From positions 14,198,001 through 14,262,000 of the forward strand of contig NC_043008.1 in the NCBI RefSeq assembly GCF_006345805.1: DNA of 64,000 nucleotides, in the 5' to 3' direction. The notes below the pieces were generated by a model that saw only the letters and a list, made by a program, of their open reading frames with translations, had not been told where the DNA came from and did no database searches. A program made the translations under genes and the position numbers. The stretch is from Octopus sinensis (Eukaryota). How positions within the stretch are numbered: position 1 is the first letter of the stretch; each line of letters begins with the position of its first letter. This document shows, in pieces, positions 56,281 through 64,000 of the stretch.

Positions 56281-58404
56281 CTCAGACAGATATCTGTGAG
56301 TTTGTATGCGTGTGTATGCGTGTATACTCGTGTCAGCTGCAGGAATCAGACGCATTCTTGTCTGTCTCCTGTCCAAGCTTGTTCTTCCGTGTTCGCCACC
56401 TCACCTCGTTTAGGCTTAGCAGCCCTTCTTGTTTGTTTCTACTGCCCTGTTTTTGTTACCAATTTTGACACTCTGCAAAATCCAAAATTTTATTTAATTT
56501 GCTTTGGGGGAGGAACTGTTTTATCGAAGGCGTATCTTTGCTTATCTTTTTTTTTCCATGTGTTTCTTTCGTTGTTCCAGAAAAAAATAGAGTTCATATA
56601 CCATTTATTCGTATTTTATGTTGCTTACGTTCTGTGCAGTTCTGTGCCCACATATGCATATGTATGTAAAGATGTACATATATGCATGTATATATGCATA
56701 TATAGTATTTTATATTATATATATATATACATATATATATATATGTATATATACAAACACACATATATATATATATGCTTATATACGTATGTATATATAC
56801 TTATATACACACATTTATATATCGATACATTTATGCATGTGTGTACGTATTGTTGTTTGTCTTTATATCGCAGATATATACTGGAGTAGGATGAAAACAT
56901 TTTTAAGTAAATCGAAAGAAAAAAAAACAAAAGATCTATGAACGAAGTTTATAGCAAGGAATTAGATGGATACTAGTTTGTGTCTCATGCTATCAAAAAT
57001 TTACTGAACAAATGACTGACCGGTCGACGAGCTGTAACGCTGTTAATCACAAATTATGATATAAAGATATAAAAATATGCAAATATGTAACATGTTTAAT
57101 GTGCTTTCTCTTAAAAATATGAATAATTTCTCGAGGGACTTTAATAATCTTTCATTTCCCGTGACCATCTTAGACTAAGAAAATGGTCTGGTTTTAGCCA
57201 CGATTTGAAACAATTGCAGAGTCTCGGATAACTAAGATTTTTACTTCTTGGTTTGGTTTTTCTTTATGAAATTTAATTTTGTTGTATAAAAAGACAATTG
57301 AAACTATAATGGAGTGTATGTTTGCAGGGAAACAATGATATCAGCCGAAACAGGTCATTGGATAATAAAGAATTGAAGTTGTAACCACATTACATTAGCA
57401 ATATTCTGTGAAATATGAGTGTTCATACATTTAGTTAATAAACTAAAGAAAAAAAAATACTAATACATACACAAGATTTAATTTATATAAAATTTATATA
57501 TAAAAATAGAAATAAAACACTAAGTTTTGCTCTGCTCTTTTTGTTTGTTTGTTTTGGTTGTTGGTTCGTTTTTGCTATTGTTCGCATAATTTTCTTTTAT
57601 AGTTTTCCTTTTTCCTTTCTGTTGTTCAGATTTTAATTGAAGTATAGGAAAATACAATTAAATTTTTCATATTTGAATTGAAAATTCCATAGTTTCAAGT
57701 GCTCTATTACTCCATTTGCATTTTCCTATTTAATTCATAGCCATGGATAGCAAATTTTTTTTATTGATTGAAATTTAAATTACACGAGATAACAGCAACA
57801 CAGATGGATGGTGATGCTGCAAAATAATTTTTTTTTTTTAATTTTCTTAATCATTTCCCCACATTTTTTCTCTTCCTCTGCAGCCACTATTCAGAGTGTT
57901 GTCAAAAATCATTCATCACAGTAAGTAAGATAATTATTTTAGAAATGACAATCAACTTTGAAATGATTGCTTTCAAATGATTCGTCTAAATATTATCAAT
58001 TGATTTGTAAGCAAGCTCATATATAAAATTATTTCTTTTTCTTTTTTTTCTATCTTTTTTTTGGGAATTCTTACATTTCACGTAATGTAATTATATTAAT
58101 ATACTAGTTTTCTGTTTTAATAAATACGCTTTCAGATCAGTGGAACGGCAAAAATGGGAATACTACAGAAAACTTTCAATGAATTTAACTACTAACCTAC
58201 AGATTTTAAGCTCAAATTTCTTTGGCATTCACTTTGCTTTTTACCGAACTCAGCTCAATAAAAATGTTCCAATAATATACTAGAATCAGTTTCTTTACAT
58301 TCCTGTTGTGGTTCCATAGTTTGAAAGCAAGTAATTTTCCCATATATAACGGAGAAAAAAACATTCCCAGTGATACATACACATATATATATATATATAT
58401 ATAT

Positions 58405-58542
58405 AAGGTCGACTTTGCCTTTCATCCTTTCGGGGTCGATAAATTAAGTACCAGTTACGCACTGGGGTCGATGTAGTCGACTTGATCCCTTTGTCTGTCC
58501 TTGTTTGTCCCCTCTGTGTTTGGCCCCTTGTGGGTAGTAAAG

Positions 58543-58584
<42 letters not shown>

Positions 58585-58639
58585 CTTAATCATATCGAAG
58601 GGAAATGGAAATTGTGGATTCCTTATGTGTTTAAATGTA

Positions 58640-58692
<53 letters not shown>

Positions 58693-58825
58693 CGACTTTG
58701 CCTTTCATCCTTTCGGGGTCGATAAATTAAGTACCAGTTACGCACTGGGGTCGATGTAGTCGACTTGATCCCTTTGTCTGTCCTTGTTTGTCCCCTCTGT
58801 GTTTGGCCCCTTGTGGGTAGTAAAG

Positions 58826-58867
<42 letters not shown>

Positions 58868-58924
58868 CTTAATCATATCGAAGGGAAATGGAAATTGTGG
58901 ATTCCTTATGTGTTTAAATGTACA

Positions 58925-58980
<56 letters not shown>
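58405..58980 (+). repeat. Tandem duplication, period about 283 bp (SINE-A fragment plus unique piece), bounded by (TA)n
   Basis: aaggtcgactttg at about 58405 and 58688; the units are identical apart from TA length. Confidence 0.9.
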
Positions 58981-58985
<5 letters not shown>

Positions 58986-59414
58986 GTGGTGAGATATATT
59001 TACATAAAGAGTTATTACTTTAGCATGGATTCTAATTTTACAGGATTCTTAAAAAGATATTTTGCTTTTTAATTAAATCAAGTTATTACGCTGTGATCTA
59101 TAATACCCTATCAATAGTTGTGCAGGAACTAGCAACGGCAAGTCTCATAACCCATAGACTATAGCACACATTTATAATGCACACATTTACAGCACACATT
59201 TATAATGAATATATCCTGAAACCCTTAAGTCGGTGTCTCAACTAAGAAAGCTTCCGTAATTCTGAGATTTCAGGTTAATTAATACTACTTTTCACAAGTA
59301 TTCTTACACTGTGGTAAGTTTTAACATAGACAAAAATGATTTATATTTGGAAAAGAAGGCGAGCGTTGTCTATTTCACACGCACACAAGTATTTCTTTCT
59401 TTCATGCTATAATA

Positions 59415-59943
59415 TTGGGTTGTCTGGAAAAAGGTCAATAAATACTTGCCATTAGATTGTTTATCAACAAAATATGAACTATTTTGCTGAACAATGCGCT
59501 TCCATCTTTCCTTTAACTTCAAAATACTCTTTTCCTAGAATTGAGGTGTTTTCATGGCAAAGAATTCATCAATGTATCTTTTTACGTCATCCAAGGAATT
59601 GAAATTTTTACCATTTTGCAGAGACCAGAATAAGTGGAAATCCGAAGGAGCAATATCTGGAGAATATGGGGGGTGGGGCAACACATCCCAGCCGAGCTGC
59701 AACAATTTTTGCCTGGTTCCCAAAGCATCAAGTGCCGAAAATGAACTTTCTTATCTTCCATTTTAAAGGGTTACAGCATTAACACAGGTTACAAGAATAT
59801 AAACCTTCTTCCGCGAAAAGATAACTTAAACTGTGCTCTAAATGGAGGTGTAGTCAAATCCTATTTTATGGACTCAACCATGTTCTAAAATAAGTCGAAA
59901 GGTAAGCTACTATAAATCAACGCGAACTTTCCGGACAACCCAA
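59415..59943 (-). mobile_element. Non-autonomous mariner deletion derivative (529 bp)
   Basis: TIRs ttgggttgtc(t/c)ggaaa with TA on both sides; C-terminal transposase LPHPPYSPDIAPSDFHLF. Confidence 0.88.
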
Positions 59944-60112
59944 TAGATGCTGAAAGGGTGAAGAAGCAACACAGATCTTGCTGAAATCTGATCTTAAACC
60001 AAAGAGGAACACAAATGATCGACGTAGAGTATAAAATCGTGTGTGCGTGGGCGCGCGCGTGTGTATGTATGTGCGCGCGTGTGTACGTGTATGTGTGTGT
60101 ATTATACCCATA

Positions 60113-60420
60113 AGGCGTATGGCTTAATGGTCAAGGTATTTAGCTCTCGATCGTAAGGTCGTGAGTTCGATTCCCCACAGCATGTTGCATCCTTTAATCA
60201 TGGCAATTTATTTCACGTTTGTCCAGTCCACGCAACTGGCAAATATAAACAGTACGTGTATTTCAAAGGACCAGCCTTGTCCTATTCTGTGTCAGGCTGA
60301 ATCTTAGTGAGATTTAGGCTGAGCCCTCTATATATGTGAAGTACTCAGCCACTTGCACATTAACTTCACGAGTGAGCTGTTCTGTTGATCGGATTAGCAG
60401 ATACCCGCCTCCTCGTAACC
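60113..60420 (+). mobile_element. Decayed tRNA-derived SINE (additional family)
   Basis: Head ggcgtatggcttaatggtcaagg..gagttcgattcccc; a related minus-strand copy lies at about 19985-20200. Confidence 0.55.
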
Positions 60421-61192
60421 GATTCAATACCTCTTATTATATAACTATACATACATGTATTTGGTACATCAAACCAGAGAGACAGAGCATTAAATACATA
60501 CGAGAATGTAGGATAGATTTACTAGTACGATGAATTAATAAGTCCTGTGAAAGATTACCCTAACGGGAAGCGTCGGAGTGAAGCCCCCGCTACCATCGTA
60601 TACACACACACACACACACACGCACACACACATACATATATATATGCAGATATACACATATATACACATATACAGTGTGCATGAATGTGTGTGTTTCTTT
60701 TGGTTTCTTGCATATACATTTTGGTTTCTTTGGTTTCTTGCATATACATGCATATGTGTAAATGCATGCGTGATCCTATTAGTTCTGAAATGGCTTGGGA
60801 GTTGGTATAATTATACACACATGCGTGCGGACACAGATACACATGCACAGACACAAAAACAGACACATACACACACATGCACACACACATATATATGTGT
60901 GTGAGTGAGTGTGAACATGACCCGATATATATACACCTCTATGTACCTGTATATATATATATGTGTGTGTGTGTGTTTGTGTGTATGTGTGTGTGTGTGT
61001 GTGTCTGTGTATGAATGTTATGCCTTTATAAACGAAATGTTTCCATTGCCTCGTTTTAACATGAGTACATTTTCATTTGAACTACACTTTCCATGCATTT
61101 TAAAGATCAATCAAGCAACGCTAGGTATACATGCATGCATATGCATATCAGCACTATTTAATTAAAAGCATTTATATATATATATATACATA

Positions 61193-61223
<31 letters not shown>

Positions 61224-61224
61224 G

Positions 61225-61306
<82 letters not shown>

Positions 61307-61529
61307 CATATATATATATATATGTATATACATATATATATACATGTGTGTGTGTGTCTGTGTGTGTGTCTGTGTGTGCGTGTGCGTGCTTGTGTGTACG
61401 CACGCGTGTGTTTGTGAGCCAGCAGTACAAAGTAAAGCTTGCCGAAATGAGCTAGTGTGCGATTCCCTTCGAATTTTAAACAGTAATTAAAGATAGGAGA
61501 GAGAGTGAGAGAGAGTATGTATATAGATA

Positions 61530-61581
61530 CATAGATATATGCTTACATACAGAGATAGATAGATAGATGGATAGATAGATG

Positions 61582-61651
<70 letters not shown>

Positions 61652-61676
61652 CAGACAGATAGATAGATAGATAGAC

Positions 61677-61739
<63 letters not shown>

Positions 61740-61760
61740 CAGATAGATAGATAGACAGAC

Positions 61761-61815
<55 letters not shown>

Positions 61816-61816
61816 C

Positions 61817-61887
<71 letters not shown>

Positions 61888-61923
61888 CAGACCGACAGAC
61901 AGACAGACAGACAGATAGATAGC

Positions 61924-61969
<46 letters not shown>

Positions 61970-61985
61970 CATAGATAGATATAGG
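61530..61985. repeat. (GATA)n/(GACA)n array
   Basis: Direct reading. Confidence 0.95.
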
Positions 61986-62387
61986 CATAGATACACACAT
62001 ATACGTACATATACACGTACATAATTCTACAAGTTTATGACGTATTTCCATTTTTAAAAAATCAAATTCACTGCAAGTTTTCTCTCTAAAAGTTAAAAAG
62101 ATTTAAAAAGATATCTGACCAGTGATGCCCCCTGCGGGATCCCAGACGTATTTCAAGTTCTTTAGACGAATCAATGGCAAATACCGAAGAGAAACAATTG
62201 TAGATGACTTAATTAACTAAACCACAGTCGGCAACATTGACTGGACTGTACCATTAGACCTCCGGCAATCGGAAAAACATGTAAAATCTGTAAGAAAATT
62301 AAAATTTATATTATATAGTGGCATTTTCAAACTTCTTTTTTGTAAATATGTATATACATATATAGATATATATGTATGTATGTATAT

Positions 62388-62421
<34 letters not shown>

Positions 62422-62501
62422 ACTGTATATATACATACTATACATACAGTGCTTGGTCACTTAAAACGAACTTTTGCAGGCATGCTGGGGGAGAATGTTA
62501 G

Positions 62502-62570
62502 TAGTAATTTAGCTGATGAGAAATCAAGCACTTATTTGGGCGCTAAATTTCGAAACCGGTACCAGGTTGA
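62502..62570 (+). ncRNA. Type I hammerhead ribozyme in a TA-flanked element (about 62420-62836)
   Basis: Reads taatttag-CTGATGA-gaaat..atttc-GAAAC-cg-GT-A-ccaggttg, with a perfect 5-bp stem II, a palindromic ACCGGT stem III and a GUA site. Stem I has a mismatch and G-U pairs. Predicted cleavage between 62561 and 62562. Confidence 0.7.
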
Positions 62571-63716
62571 CCAGCATTTACTTGTTCTGACCCATTTGAG
62601 GTAAGACATTATTATTGCTCACTGATATTTTTCCTATCTTGTCTGTAATAGATTTGTGACTATTCAGTGTTACAGAAGTATTTTTGACTTCTATCATTAG
62701 CGATATAGGTATTTATGTAGTACCCTTGTAGATATGTACATATCTAATATTGATTGTATATTTTTTCTTAAATTTGCCTGTACGGCTGATAATTCGATTA
62801 CCACTTGTGATGGTATTTTAATAATACCATCCCTATAGATATATATATATATATACATGTATACATATATGCACCCTCATGCCCGCACTTACATGAATGT
62901 GTACATATAATGACATCGTTGCCTGACTGCAAACATTCGACATATATCATACGTGACGCAGAAATTTGGCTCAGACCGCAAATCGTAGCCACACATCTTT
63001 CAAATTTAATAATACATATTATGCTATTTTTCTATAGCGAAAATCTGTTGAAGAATTTTATTCATTTCATACCACAAGAGTCACTAGCGTCAGTATACAA
63101 TGAATTCTAATTCACATCTAGCAAGAACTACTTGTAATGGCGATGTTATTATTGTCCTTCCTCTCTCAATGAAAGTTTTAGTTGCTGGCCTTTTAAATGG
63201 CTATTGATTAATTCCACCAGTTGACCAACTGACAAATCGTACAGCAATACGTTCAGAACTGGGAAATTATATCCTATATACCATTATCTTCAGTTCTGTG
63301 TCTTTTATATGACTCACACTCAATTGAAATGACATACTATGTTAACTCAAACATGAAGACGCATTTTTAAATGAGTCTCCCATTGAGAAAGTCATGTGTT
63401 TTACATTCGCTCTGATCTTTATTGCTGCATCTCCAATTTTTATTCATTTCCTGTTACTATAAAATACCAAAAAAAAAAGGAACATATATGTAAACATATA
63501 TAACGCAAACATACACACACACACATGCATATATACACACACTCAAATACTAATATGCACACATATGCGTGTGAATATACACGTACAACATCCATTGGTA
63601 TTTATGCATATTTATACACACGCATAATGTATGTGCACATATATTTCTCTCTCTCAGTGTCTCTCTCTCTAAACATATATATATATATACATAGACACAC
63701 ATACATATATATGTAC

Positions 63717-63761
<45 letters not shown>

Positions 63762-63919
63762 TATTCATAGTCATACATGCATATACATAGATATATGTGT
63801 ACGTGTGTTTGTGTGGCGGTGGAGAGTGGGGTGTATGCGTGTATGTATTATGGAACGTTGACCTAACCGTATTGATTTATGTCTGCGTGTAGTTATTATT
63901 TTTTCTCGCGCAAACCCTA

Positions 63920-63955
<36 letters not shown>

Positions 63956-64000
63956 TCTCTCGCTTCTCTCCTTCTCCCTCTCATACAGAAAAGCACATAT

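Noticed and set aside
57325-57365. cagccGAAAC-ag-GTC-attg resembling an HHR 3' half
   Set aside because: The CUGANGA core is absent; at best a deleted remnant.

Overview
AT-rich, microsatellite-saturated eukaryotic DNA. The repeat families (tRNA-derived SINEs, TA/CA/GATA/TATG tracts) look like an octopus or other cephalopod genome, which is an inference from repeat content. No host protein-coding exon can be supported, and almost every ORF in the supplied track is a microsatellite artefact. The track misses the main coding feature: a minus-strand frame with no stop in 772 codons (2316 to 1, running off the window edge). It encodes a Penelope-like retroelement (PLE) reverse transcriptase (FDI..FYPSI, MGS, GLYRDD) followed by a GIY-YIG endonuclease, and its 5' end is joined to (TA)n. 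Several sequence-unrelated type I hammerhead ribozyme (HHR) motifs also sit in short elements that end in (TA)n. Two of these elements are tail-out inverted pairs with one ribozyme per arm (19175-19410 and 30884-31586), one is a solo copy (62502-62570), and a further family has minimal variant cores (17.6 and 19.5 kb). Other elements: a decayed R4/Dong-like RLE LINE, a full-length mariner nested inside an older mariner, a mariner deletion derivative, a maT/DD37D-like fragment, a non-autonomous Helitron, a decayed RTE-like LINE, SINE concatemers and microsatellite-bounded tandem duplications. All translations and RNA pairings were done by hand and are not database-confirmed.
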